DNA of 64,000 bases. Source: Candidatus Paceibacter sp. (GTDB lineage: Bacteria; Patescibacteriota; Minisyncoccia; UBA6257; 02-FULL-45-10c). The stretch lies in the NCBI GenBank assembly GCA_020724845.1, contig DYGE01000003.1, positions 1,377-65,376 of the forward strand, read 5' to 3'. Shown here piece after piece: positions 17,519-26,251 of the stretch (within the stretch, counting starts at the first letter, position 1; every line of letters starts with the position of its first letter). The notes under the pieces are model-generated. The model saw only the letters and a list, made by a program, of their open reading frames with translations, had not been told where the DNA came from and made no database searches. The position numbers and the translations under genes were made by a program.

Positions 17519-19729
17519 TTATAATTTTTTATTGCGCAAAAGCATTGCGTTAACTGCCACGATAACCGTAGAGAATGACATCAGGATTGCCGCCACAGCC
17601 GGCTGAAGCAGAATGCCTTTGAAAGCCAGCGCTCCGGCCGCAAGGGGAATAGCAATAACATTGTATCCGGTAGCCCAAAAGAGATTCTGGATCATCTTTG
17701 AATAGGTGAGCCGCGAGAGCTTGATTATCTTGGCGATATCGCGCGGGTCGTTTTTCACCAGGATAATGCCAGCTGATTCAATTGCCACGTTTGTCCCGGC
17801 TCCGATAGCGATGCCGAGATCGGCTTGAGTCAGGGCCGGAGCGTCGTTAACGCCGTCTCCGACCATCGCGACTTTCTGGTCTTCAGCCTGCAGTAATTTT
17901 ACAATCTCTGATTTTTTCTCCGGCAGGACTCGGGAGAAATATTTATCTATCCCAAGCTCTCCGGCTACCCATTTAGCCACATCTTCCGCGTCTCCGGTAA
18001 TCATAGCAGTCTTGATTCCCATTTTTTGCAAGCTTTTAACTGCCTCTCGGGATTCTTCTCGAATAATGTCGGCTAGCGCGATGGCGCCGATCACCTGGCT
18101 GTTTACAACTACGAAATTGACTGTCTTGCCTTGTTTCTCAAGTTCTTTCACTTCATTATTGAATTTTTCCTGGAGCGCGACCTTCGCGTCTTCAATTAAA
18201 GTCCTGCTTCCGACAAGCACTTCTTTATTGTTGATTTTTGCCTTTATGCCTTTGCCGGGAATTCTTTGAAAATCCTTTACTTCTGAAAGAGTGATTTCTT
18301 TTATCTCAGCTTCTTTCACAGTTGCTTTGGCAATGGGATGTTCGGAATGGCTGTTAGCTGACGCGGAATATCGCAGTACCTGATTCTCATCTCCGTCTTT
18401 TACGGCGATGACTCGGTCAATGCCGAACTCTCCGCGGGTCAGCGTTCCGGTTTTATCAAACAGCACTATATCAAGATTCCTGGCCGCTTCCAGCGCCAGC
18501 CGCTGTTTAACCAAGAATCCGTTCTTGGCCGCTTTAGTAGTTGAAATTGAGGCAACTAAAGGTATAGCCAGGCCCAGAGCGTGCGGGCAGGTGATGACAA
18601 GCACGGCTACCATTCTTTCAATAGCGAAGGCCGTATCGGCGGCCGCCAGCCAGGCGGCGAAAGTGATGCTTCCGACTACCACTGCGATAATGGTCAGGTA
18701 ATAGGCCGCCCGGTCGGAAAGCAACTGCAGGCGGGACTTTGACGCCTGGGCTTCCTGGACTAAGCGCATAACTCCGGCTAGGAAGGTATCTTCGCCAATT
18801 TTAGTGACGTTGATTTTTAACGAACCGTCGCCGTTTATGGTGCCGGCAATGACATCATCGCCCGGTTTTTTGGCGATCGGCTTGGATTCGCCGGTGGCGA
18901 TTGATTCGTTTACATCGGAAAGCCCTTCTTTAACAACTCCATCGGTTGGAATCTTGCCTCCCGGCTTTACCAAGACAAGGTCTCCGGCTTTCACTTCGGA
19001 AAGAGGAATGATTTTAGCGACACCATCCTGAATAACTTCCGCTTGGTCCGGCAGAAGTTTGGAAAGCTCCTTGAGGGCGCTCTGCGCTCCGGTTACCGCT
19101 CGCATTTCCATCCAGTGCCCGAGAAGCATGACTGTGATCAAAGTCGCCAGTTCCCAAAATAGAGTTTTTCCTTCGCCCACAAAAGTTATATAGGCGCTAT
19201 AAATGTAGGCCGTGGAAATAGCGAGAGCAATCAGAGTCATCATTCCGGGGAGTTTTGCTCTAAGCTCTCGGTAAGCGGAGGCGATAAATATCCAGCCGCC
19301 GTAGAAGAAAATTACGGACGCTAAAACAAATGGAAGGTAATCCGATCCCGGGAATCGCGGCGCCTGGTATCCAAGGAGATCCTGGGCCACTTCGGCATAG
19401 AGCACGACTGGGATGGAAAGGATAAAGCTTACCCAGAATTTCGTTTTGAAGATGTTAGTTGAATGGCCTCCATGCTTGGAATACTCTTCCTTGCTTTCTT
19501 TTGCGGGCATCGGCAGCAATTTCATCCCACACTCTGGACAAATTCCCGGCCCATCCTGAACCACGTTTGGATGCATTGGGCAGGTATATTTTTTCGCCAA
19601 TTGTTTTTTCGGCTTTGCCGAGGTCGGCATCAGATTCATTCCGCATTCCGGGCATAGTCCAGGACTGTCCTGGACAATCTCCGGATGCATCGGGCAGGTG
19701 TATTGTTTTGAATTTTGATTGTGTTCCAT
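17519..19729 (-). CDS. copB: Copper-translocating P1B-type ATPase (CPH-motif, CopB-like) with two tandem N-terminal CxxC zinc-ribbon-like metal-binding domains
   Basis: YTCPMHPEIVQD..CPECGM occurs twice. TM CPH motif (ITCPHALGLA). DKTGTLT phosphorylation site, GDGVNDAP. Confidence 0.85.
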   Translation of the reverse strand: MEHNQNSKQYTCPMHPEIVQDSPGLCPECGMNLMPTSAKPKKQLAKKYTCPMHPNVVQDGPGICPECGMKLLPMPAKESKEEYSKHGGHSTNIFKTKFWVSFILSIPVVLYAEVAQDLLGYQAPRFPGSDYLPFVLASVIFFYGGWIFIASAYRELRAKLPGMMTLIALAISTAYIYSAYITFVGEGKTLFWELATLITVMLLGHWMEMRAVTGAQSALKELSKLLPDQAEVIQDGVAKIIPLSEVKAGDLVLVKPGGKIPTDGVVKEGLSDVNESIATGESKPIAKKPGDDVIAGTINGDGSLKINVTKIGEDTFLAGVMRLVQEAQASKSRLQLLSDRAAYYLTIIAVVVGSITFAAWLAAADTAFAIERMVAVLVITCPHALGLAIPLVASISTTKAAKNGFLVKQRLALEAARNLDIVLFDKTGTLTRGEFGIDRVIAVKDGDENQVLRYSASANSHSEHPIAKATVKEAEIKEITLSEVKDFQRIPGKGIKAKINNKEVLVGSRTLIEDAKVALQEKFNNEVKELEKQGKTVNFVVVNSQVIGAIALADIIREESREAVKSLQKMGIKTAMITGDAEDVAKWVAGELGIDKYFSRVLPEKKSEIVKLLQAEDQKVAMVGDGVNDAPALTQADLGIAIGAGTNVAIESAGIILVKNDPRDIAKIIKLSRLTYSKMIQNLFWATGYNVIAIPLAAGALAFKGILLQPAVAAILMSFSTVIVAVNAMLLRNKKL

Positions 19730-19759
19730 TTTATTGTCTTAATTTTCTAATTATTTTTA

Positions 19760-20674
19760 TTATACTCCGCAACTGCCGCTGCCGCCAATTTTTTCCGGTT
19801 CCACTGCTGACAAGATTTGCCTATATCCCTGAGCGCTGGAATACGCTGATCCTAGGACTTCTTTCGGATTTACTTCATTCCAAGCAATGCCTTTCTGATG
19901 GAAATAAGAGGCAATTATTAGGTAGGTGTCCGGGAACCAGTAAGAATTAACCTGGAGCGCCATCTGGTATAGTTCGTCTTCATTCAGGCCCTGGGAAGCG
20001 CCTAGCTCCAAAAGGCCAAGCATTGCCATTCCATGATTGCAATCCGGAAAATGGGTTGAATTTCCGCAACAGGGGCGGTAGATATTTTTAGCGGCCTTTT
20101 CCACTAATTTTTGCTGTTCCGAGTTAAGCGGCAGCAAGGAATGCCTGCTGTAGTGGTCCATCGCTTTTCCTTTGGAAAGAGGCCAGCCGCCGGTGGAGGC
20201 GAATTGTCCGGCGTCGCTTCCGTAAACCGGGCTGACCATTGGCCCTTCTTCCAGGATTGGGTTTTGGTTGGCGAGCCCGAGCGCCCACAGGAGATTCAGC
20301 AAAAAACTAGCATTTTTTTCATTGATTTCTAGCCGGCCGTTGTCTGTTTCATAAAGAAGACGCCTCGACTCTTCATTAAGCCCGCCTCTTTGGTCGTAAA
20401 GTATGGCCAACTTTGTTTTGTCAATGACTCCGCTTTCAATTAACTTCCTGCCGAGATCGCTCCAGCGGACCGGCAGCGTCACTCCGTTTACTGGCCGAAC
20501 TGATTGATCTAAGTTTTCCGTGTTTACTTCTATGACTTGCTGGTCTTTTCTAGGGTTCAAAAGGGGATTGCTGTTCATCGCTGATGTCAGTAACTGTGCC
20601 AGCAACAGAATGCCAGCTAGTAACAGAACCGCCAATGCCCAGCTTTTCAAAGGTTCAAATTTTGGTGTTTCCAT
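19760..20674 (-). CDS. Hypothetical membrane-anchored secreted protein with a Cys/His cluster (CCGNSTHFPDCNHGMAM)
   Basis: N-terminal TM/signal segment. ORF only. Lies between copB and the CcdA-like gene. Confidence 0.45.
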   Translation of the reverse strand: METPKFEPLKSWALAVLLLAGILLLAQLLTSAMNSNPLLNPRKDQQVIEVNTENLDQSVRPVNGVTLPVRWSDLGRKLIESGVIDKTKLAILYDQRGGLNEESRRLLYETDNGRLEINEKNASFLLNLLWALGLANQNPILEEGPMVSPVYGSDAGQFASTGGWPLSKGKAMDHYSRHSLLPLNSEQQKLVEKAAKNIYRPCCGNSTHFPDCNHGMAMLGLLELGASQGLNEDELYQMALQVNSYWFPDTYLIIASYFHQKGIAWNEVNPKEVLGSAYSSAQGYRQILSAVEPEKIGGSGSCGV

Positions 20675-20679
20675 AATTT

Positions 20680-21540
20680 TTATTCCAATGTATTTCTTTC
20701 CATCTTATAGAGAAAGAAAAGAAATATGCCGGTGATGATAATTGCCCAGATAATTTCCGGTAATTTAGTCAGAGTTTCCAGTAAATTTTGCGACCAGGCG
20801 TTTAAGGCATTGCCGATCCCGACTTGAACGGCCGGCGCCCAGAAGGCGTCTCCGGAGAAGGCTAGGGCGAGTAGTATAACTCCCATCGCGAAAAAGACTG
20901 CTCCGGCAAGAAGGTTGGTGGAATGAACGTAGAACGTTTTTGCGCCAATTTTAAATTCCAGCATTTTCCCCTGGATTAATTTTGATTCTTCAATCTTGAA
21001 GCGGTCGTAGAAGTAAGCAGCGATGAACAGCGGGAAGGTCATTCCGAACACGTAGGCGAAAGTTACAATCAGCGCCTTCCAGAAAGTTCCGGAGATAACC
21101 GCGAGCGTTACCGCGCCAGCCAGCACCGGGGCGCAGCAGGAAGTGGCGGCTCCGGAAAATATTCCAAGCAGGAATACGGACTTTGGATCCGATCCGCTCA
21201 TCTTCGGGGTTAAGCGCTTCGGCATTGGAATCATGGCCAGGCCTTTTCCTCTAACAGCTAATACGGCAAGGAGAATCATTAAGAGTCCGCCGAAAATGTA
21301 CATTTCGCTGTGGTAATCGCGGAAGAACTGCGCCAGGCCGGCCGCCCCTAGTCCGATTGGCACCAGGATAACCGCGATGCCGGCGAAAAAGATAAAGGTC
21401 ATCTTTAAGATATTCTTTTTCTCCCGAAAGGCGGAGGCAAGGTAAGCTGGTAGAAGCACAGTTATGCAGCAGGGAGCGAAAAGCGCTACCATCCCCGCGA
21501 TGAAAGCGGCGATAATTGATGCTGAAAAGATTATGTCCAT
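20680..21540 (-). CDS. CcdA/DsbD-family-like polytopic membrane protein (thiol-disulfide or metal transfer)
   Basis: Six or more TM helices. Cys pair in TM1 (FAPCC), a second Cys pair in a later helix (TSCCAPVLAG). Topology resembles CcdA-like proteins. Confidence 0.45.
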   Translation of the reverse strand: MDIIFSASIIAAFIAGMVALFAPCCITVLLPAYLASAFREKKNILKMTFIFFAGIAVILVPIGLGAAGLAQFFRDYHSEMYIFGGLLMILLAVLAVRGKGLAMIPMPKRLTPKMSGSDPKSVFLLGIFSGAATSCCAPVLAGAVTLAVISGTFWKALIVTFAYVFGMTFPLFIAAYFYDRFKIEESKLIQGKMLEFKIGAKTFYVHSTNLLAGAVFFAMGVILLALAFSGDAFWAPAVQVGIGNALNAWSQNLLETLTKLPEIIWAIIITGIFLFFLYKMERNTLE

Positions 21541-21542
21541 CG

Positions 21543-22049
21543 CTATCGGCTTACCATTGCCTGGAAGAAAAGTTCCAGTTTTGGCGAGGCGACTGAATTG
21601 GTTTCTAAATAGATCGACCTTTGGGCAAGCCCGACGCCGGACGGCCCGTGCGCAGCCGGGTCAAAAATAGCTTCAACGGTTACTGTTTCTCCCGGCAGAA
21701 CTTCCACGTTTGTTTTGGAATTGGCATGGCCTGGCATCCCGAACTCTCCGTACTTGCCGCCGGAACTGTCCGTGATTAACGCGGTAGTGCACATGCAGGA
21801 GGTGTACACCTTTTCAATGATTACCGATTCCGGCCCCTCATTTTTCAGAGTAAAATTGTGAGATACATTTCCATTTGCCATTGAGATAGCCCCGAAATCA
21901 AAGCGGATTTCTTCCGCTGTCAGCGCGCTGGCGGAATAGGTAATCGGTTCTCGGGCATCGCTTCCGATATTGGAAGCTAAGGCAATCAAAGCGGCAAGAA
22001 AGAACGCGCCGGCTCCGAATGCTATAAAATTGTTATTTTTGTTTTTCAT
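21543..22049 (-). CDS. DUF1573-like secreted protein
   Basis: Signal peptide/TM segment, FDFG...G.....F.L.N.G.....I..V.TSCMCT pattern reminiscent of DUF1573. Confidence 0.45.
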   Translation of the reverse strand: MKNKNNNFIAFGAGAFFLAALIALASNIGSDAREPITYSASALTAEEIRFDFGAISMANGNVSHNFTLKNEGPESVIIEKVYTSCMCTTALITDSSGGKYGEFGMPGHANSKTNVEVLPGETVTVEAIFDPAAHGPSGVGLAQRSIYLETNSVASPKLELFFQAMVSR

Positions 22050-22135
22050 AAATTAAAACACCCGTTCAGAATTTTGAACGGGTGTATAATGATTAATTTC
22101 TTTAATAGTAAAGACTCTGATTAAATCAGGTTAAA

Positions 22136-22609
22136 TCACACACCCAAAGAATAAGAGTGCGGATCTCTTTTATAATGAATTGAAAACCAGTCAAGGAATT
22201 GGCTAAACGGTATGGAATAAGAATTAGCGTTGGCCAAGCGGCTTTGGTATAAAGAAGCCGATTCCGAGATATTGTTTTTTGAAAGTTTAGAGTAGACCAA
22301 ATAAGCCGCAGCCATAGCGGAAACAATAAGCAATATTAGCGCGTCGGCGTTCAATGTAAATTTCGCGAGATTCTGCAGGCCGGAAGCGTGGTGTAAGGCG
22401 AGGGCTAAAACTCCGCCAACCGGAGGGCAACTATTTCCGGATAACAAGTTGACTGGGCAATTGTGGCCGCTGGAGTGGTCAACCATGCTCAATCCAAAGA
22501 AGCTAAAGGTGCCAATTACGAATAGCGCCGCAATTATTAGAATAGAAACGATTTTTAGTTGCATAGCGATATTATAGCTCGGTGAATCCACCAAGACAAG
22601 TGCCGCCAT
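22136..22609 (-). CDS. Hypothetical membrane protein with HNCP/NSCPP Cys motifs
   Basis: ORF with two predicted TM helices. Confidence 0.35.
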   Translation of the reverse strand: MAALVLVDSPSYNIAMQLKIVSILIIAALFVIGTFSFFGLSMVDHSSGHNCPVNLLSGNSCPPVGGVLALALHHASGLQNLAKFTLNADALILLIVSAMAAAYLVYSKLSKNNISESASLYQSRLANANSYSIPFSQFLDWFSIHYKRDPHSYSLGV

Positions 22610-22707
22610 AAACTTGTTGCAACCTTGCGTAATTTCTTATATCATATAAAAATATTGAAAATTCAATATATATTCCCCGGTAGCTCAGCGGTAGAGCGGC
22701 GCGCTGT

Positions 22708-23274
22708 GAATAACTAAGTTTGTCTTTTCTGGTATAATCAATTGTGTATGCCAGAAAGGAGAACATATGCCGACCGTGCTGAATATTTAAAACAGGCTGT
22801 TACCAAGAGGAGAAGAAAACTCAAGGTGATGCTTGTAGAATATAAAGGCGGTAAATGTAGGATTTGTGGCTACAAGAAGACCCATTGGGCGCTTGATCTT
22901 CATCATATCGATGCCTCCAAAAAAGAATTTGGATTATCAGTACGAGGATTAACGCGCTCTTGGGAAAAGCTTAAACAAGAGGCAGATAAATGCATACTTG
23001 TTTGTGCTAATTGCCATAGAGAAATACACGCAGGCATTACGCAGCCTTCTAAAGTAATTTAGATTGAATAACGAGGTGAATTCGGTGAAGTCCATCTATT
23101 GATGGATAATACCGAGCCAAGGTCGCTTTAGGCGACAAGGTGTAGAGACTATCCCACAAGGGAGTAGGTTGTAGTCCCCAAAAAGATTTACATCCGAAGC
23201 GCCTCGCCACGTGATCTAAGAAGATTTTACGTGGATGATATAGTCCACCCCTATTAGTAATAGTAGGATAAGTG
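22708..23274 (+). other. Group I intron inserted in the tRNA anticodon loop. It carries an HNH homing-endonuclease ORF.
   Basis: Conserved group I core elements: R-like GTAGAGACTATCC (23142-23154) and S-like GATGATATAGTCC (23236-23248), which pair to form P7. The 5' exon ends in U and the intron ends in G. The exact splice points are ambiguous by 2 nt. Confidence 0.6.
22742..23062 (+). CDS. HNH homing endonuclease encoded in the intron
   Basis: CRICGY...LDLHHID...CANCHREIH: a complete HNH motif with two CxxC zinc knuckles. Confidence 0.8.
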   Translation: MCMPERRTYADRAEYLKQAVTKRRRKLKVMLVEYKGGKCRICGYKKTHWALDLHHIDASKKEFGLSVRGLTRSWEKLKQEADKCILVCANCHREIHAGITQPSKVI

Positions 23275-23300
23275 TAACGCGACGGTCGTAGGTTCGATCC

Positions 23301-24893
23301 CTACCCGGGGAGCCATATCGGACGAACGGAGTCAAAAGCTCCGTTTTTCTGTTTATTCATGCCACTTACAGCAGGTTCTAACCGAGAATTCTCTGCAACA
23401 CCCACGAATGAGACATTTTGCAGGGGTATCAGGTATTTGGCCATATCAATACGCAGTTTTTTGTCTTGTAGGAGAAGGTTCGAACCGAGCGCTTTTAGAA
23501 TGCTTCGTTTGGTTTCTATGCTTCCTTCCTGGTAGGCGGCGTGCGCATATTTGGCAAAGGTGAAAATCTTTTCTGCGTTCTCCATCCAGGCGTCTACACG
23601 GCGGTCCGTATCCTGTAAAAGTCCCTGGAATTTGTTTTTCTGCTTCTCAAGCTCCCTGCGTTTGCTCTTGTATTCGTCTTCGGTGATCTCGCCAGCCGCG
23701 CGCATGTCAATCAAATTGTCCAGCTTGCTCACTACGATGTTGTAGTTTCTTTGCTGGGTTTCCAAGATTATGTTGCGGTCGCTTGATTCTTTGGCGTTTT
23801 CTTCCTGAAGCCACTTCATGGCCCAGCTATGAAAGTTAGCGGGTATCTCAATGCTTTTCAAAAGTTCGGCAACCTGGCTTTCCAATGCTTTTATTTCCAG
23901 CGACCGCTGGGAGCAGGGACCTTTGCGCTTGGTGCAGTGGTAGTAGAGGTAATAATGGACGTTGCCGTTTTTCGGCCGTTTGACCTTGTCCTCGGCCGTC
24001 ACGTAACAGCCGCACTCTCCGCAGTGGATCATACCCGTATAGGCAAACTTTTTCTGACGTGGGCGTTGCTTTCCTTTTCTGCCCAGGTGCGCCTGGATGC
24101 GGTCGAAGTCTTCTTCGGTGATCATGGCGGGATGCCCGCCTTTGTACCAGTTGCCTGAACCTTTCGGGTATTCAAATTCGCCATAGTAAAATGGATCGGA
24201 CATGGCGCGGTAGAAGGTGCTCTTGGCCATCTTCTTTCCATTTGGCATGCGCAAACCCCATTCTTCGGTAGCAATCTTGTGAATTCTGGGAGCGGTGTAC
24301 ACGCCCTCCAGAACCATGGCGAACATCCGCTTTATTAAATCAAACCGCTTCGGGTCTTTTTTGATAATCTTTTGTCCTTTCTTGCGGTCTGGCGTATTCA
24401 TATAGCCGACAGGCGCAGGTCCTGGATACCAGCCGTTCTCGGCTTTGCGCTTGAGCTCCCGCTTTACATTTACAGAAAGGTCGCGGATAAACTGGTTGGC
24501 CATGCCGAGCTCAACGCTCATCATAAGTACGTTGTCGGTCGGGTAATAACTGCGGTCGTAGGTTTTGATATGGCGGATGACGTTTTGCTGGAGCATCCAG
24601 CTGATGTTTCCGCCGTCCACGGGATTGCGGGCCAGACGGTCCAGCTTCCAGCAGAGAATTCCCTGGGCTTCGCCGTTGGTAATCCGCGTGAGCATTTCGT
24701 TGAAAACAGGACGGCCTGGTGCTTTGGCTGACTGGGATTCGGTAAAGATGTGAACGATATTGATACCGTCACGCTGGGCCATTTCTTTGAGCACATCCAG
24801 CTGGGAATCAATGGAGGCTACCTGGCGGTCTTCCGCTTCCGATGATTTGCGGGCGTAGAGAAAGTATTTGAGTTGTGGCGTTAATCTCTCCAT
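23301..24893 (-). CDS. Large serine recombinase (phage-type serine integrase). Its 3' end overlaps the tRNA 3' end.
   Basis: N-terminal YARKSS catalytic Ser box and resolvase domain, recombinase domain, zinc ribbon (CGECGC...HCTKRKGPC), C-terminal coiled coil. 530 aa. Confidence 0.85.
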   Translation of the reverse strand: MERLTPQLKYFLYARKSSEAEDRQVASIDSQLDVLKEMAQRDGINIVHIFTESQSAKAPGRPVFNEMLTRITNGEAQGILCWKLDRLARNPVDGGNISWMLQQNVIRHIKTYDRSYYPTDNVLMMSVELGMANQFIRDLSVNVKRELKRKAENGWYPGPAPVGYMNTPDRKKGQKIIKKDPKRFDLIKRMFAMVLEGVYTAPRIHKIATEEWGLRMPNGKKMAKSTFYRAMSDPFYYGEFEYPKGSGNWYKGGHPAMITEEDFDRIQAHLGRKGKQRPRQKKFAYTGMIHCGECGCYVTAEDKVKRPKNGNVHYYLYYHCTKRKGPCSQRSLEIKALESQVAELLKSIEIPANFHSWAMKWLQEENAKESSDRNIILETQQRNYNIVVSKLDNLIDMRAAGEITEDEYKSKRRELEKQKNKFQGLLQDTDRRVDAWMENAEKIFTFAKYAHAAYQEGSIETKRSILKALGSNLLLQDKKLRIDMAKYLIPLQNVSFVGVAENSRLEPAVSGMNKQKNGAFDSVRPIWLPG

Positions 24894-24895
24894 GG

Positions 24896-25660
24896 TTATT
24901 GCCGATAATTTTGCAGCGCTTCGCTTTCCAAGGCGTCATAGTAAAGACCGATCGTGTTCTCGTAGCTGAAGATAAACCCGCTTTCGGTAATACCGATCTG
25001 GATAAACGGCGCACGGTCTGCTTCTACACCTTCTGGTAGCAGGTTCTGGTATTCCATGTCATTCCAGGTGAAGAAGTAGTTCGCGCCGTCTGGACCGCCA
25101 GACTTGTCACCGATCTCATACTGGCGGATGTTGCTTGTCAGCTGTTCAAAATCTGGCTCTACCCGCTCAAGAAACTGGAGTACAAGCTTGCTTAATTCGC
25201 CCTGACTTTTAACGTCGCAGGGCTTGTCATCGCAGAATCCGTAGTGTGGTTTGCGGTGAAAGGCAATGACCTTGCCAGTAGCCGAATCTACCTCGGCGGT
25301 TCCGCCCTGATCATCGGTAAAGTTTATTATTTTTTCCTCAACCACTCGGTCTCCGCGGATGCCCTCATAGGTAACCAGGCCAAAGTTCCCAGAACGGCCG
25401 TAGGCGTCTCTTGGTTCGAAGGTAAAGCTGGCACCCTCTGTAATGCCATAGATGCGGTTGGCTACGTCCAGAATGCCACGCAGGGCCTCGGTGGCCTGTT
25501 CTTTTTCTGCCTCGCTTACGGTTTCCCTCTCTTGGGCCACATCACCCGAAAGCGGTGCTTTGTCTGCCGTAAGGCTGTAAATCCCGTAACCTGCCCCAAA
25601 GACCGCAACAAGGGCGATTACGGCGTAAATTATGGTTTTATTTTTCATAAGTGTGTTCAT
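24896..25660 (-). CDS. Hypothetical secreted protein (signal peptide/TM anchor)
   Basis: ORF with a hydrophobic N-terminal helix. 4 nt downstream of the integrase start. Confidence 0.45.
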   Translation of the reverse strand: MNTLMKNKTIIYAVIALVAVFGAGYGIYSLTADKAPLSGDVAQERETVSEAEKEQATEALRGILDVANRIYGITEGASFTFEPRDAYGRSGNFGLVTYEGIRGDRVVEEKIINFTDDQGGTAEVDSATGKVIAFHRKPHYGFCDDKPCDVKSQGELSKLVLQFLERVEPDFEQLTSNIRQYEIGDKSGGPDGANYFFTWNDMEYQNLLPEGVEADRAPFIQIGITESGFIFSYENTIGLYYDALESEALQNYRQ

Positions 25661-25694
25661 TACGTTAATTGTTTAATTTTTCGACCTGGTGAGC

Positions 25695-25780
25695 GTGGGT
25701 CGCAGGCTCTAACAGCAACATGGTCCCAAGCCCGAAAGAAGTCAAACAATACAAAAAGGGACAGCCAGAGCCTGCGACCC
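25695..25780. repeat. 15-bp perfect inverted repeat (TGGGTCGCAGGCTCT / AGAGCCTGCGACCCA) with a 56-nt loop
   Basis: Direct reading of both arms. Located just upstream of the 24896-25660 gene start. Confidence 0.6.
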
Positions 25781-26026
25781 ACAGTCTTGGAATGCACGAA
25801 GGCACCCAATTGTGGAGGATGGCTGCCCCTTTCAGCCCGCAATTGGGCTTCAAAAGAAGCACAGCCATCGTGCAATATTCCAAAACTGTAGGTCGCACCT
25901 TTATAATGGCACTTACAGCGTTATTTTTCAATGTTTTTATGCGGGCGAAGGTAAAAACCTGTACCGATTTTGTCCGCCTTTTATCCGATTTATTTTGGTC
26001 GCTTTTAATGGTCATAAGGTTGTTTC

Positions 26027-26176
26027 TTACCGATGTTTTACCGATGGTCTACCGATGGTTGATAGGGTCGAAATACCTGAAGTTTCCCTGAAGTCTTCCT
26101 GAAGTTTTGGTGAAGAATTGGTGAAGTTCTGGTGCAACCCAGACTGCCGAATCCACCGAAGTTTTACCGAAGTCCA
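26027..26176. repeat. Iteron-like array: 3x TTACCGATG at 11-bp spacing, then five GAAGT-core repeats at exact 11-bp spacing (26079, 26090, 26101, 26112, 26123) plus two more (26158, 26169)
   Basis: Direct reading. 11-bp helical phasing is characteristic of Rep-binding iterons or phased transcription-factor sites. Next to the Rep-like winged-helix gene. Confidence 0.6.
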
Positions 26177-26251
26177 TAATTGTTTGTTTTTGACGCGCTT
26201 TGCGCGTATTACTTATACTTTCTTAATCTTCTTTCTTACTTATATCTCTAC

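Larger units (their letters stand above)
22674..23315 (+). tRNA. Split tRNA gene, most likely tRNA-Asn(GUU), less likely Thr(UGU). It is interrupted in the anticodon loop by a group I intron of about 567 nt.
   Basis: 5' exon 22674-22707: UCCCCGG-UA-GCUC-AGCGGUA-GAGC-G-GCGCG-CUGU. 3' exon from about 23275: UAA-CGCGA-CGGUC-GUAGG-UUCGAUC-CCUAC-CCGGGGA-G-CCA. The two exons together give 7-bp acceptor, D, anticodon and T stems. U1-A72 and G73 match bacterial tRNA-Asn. Confidence 0.65.

Noticed and set aside
19239-19252. Short match (CCGGGGAG) to the tRNA 3' end, and a similar CCGGGGA at about 41826, as possible att-site repeats
   Set aside because: They are only 7-8 nt, which is within chance expectation. 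One lies upstream of the tRNA inside copB. Serine integrases do not generate long direct repeats anyway.
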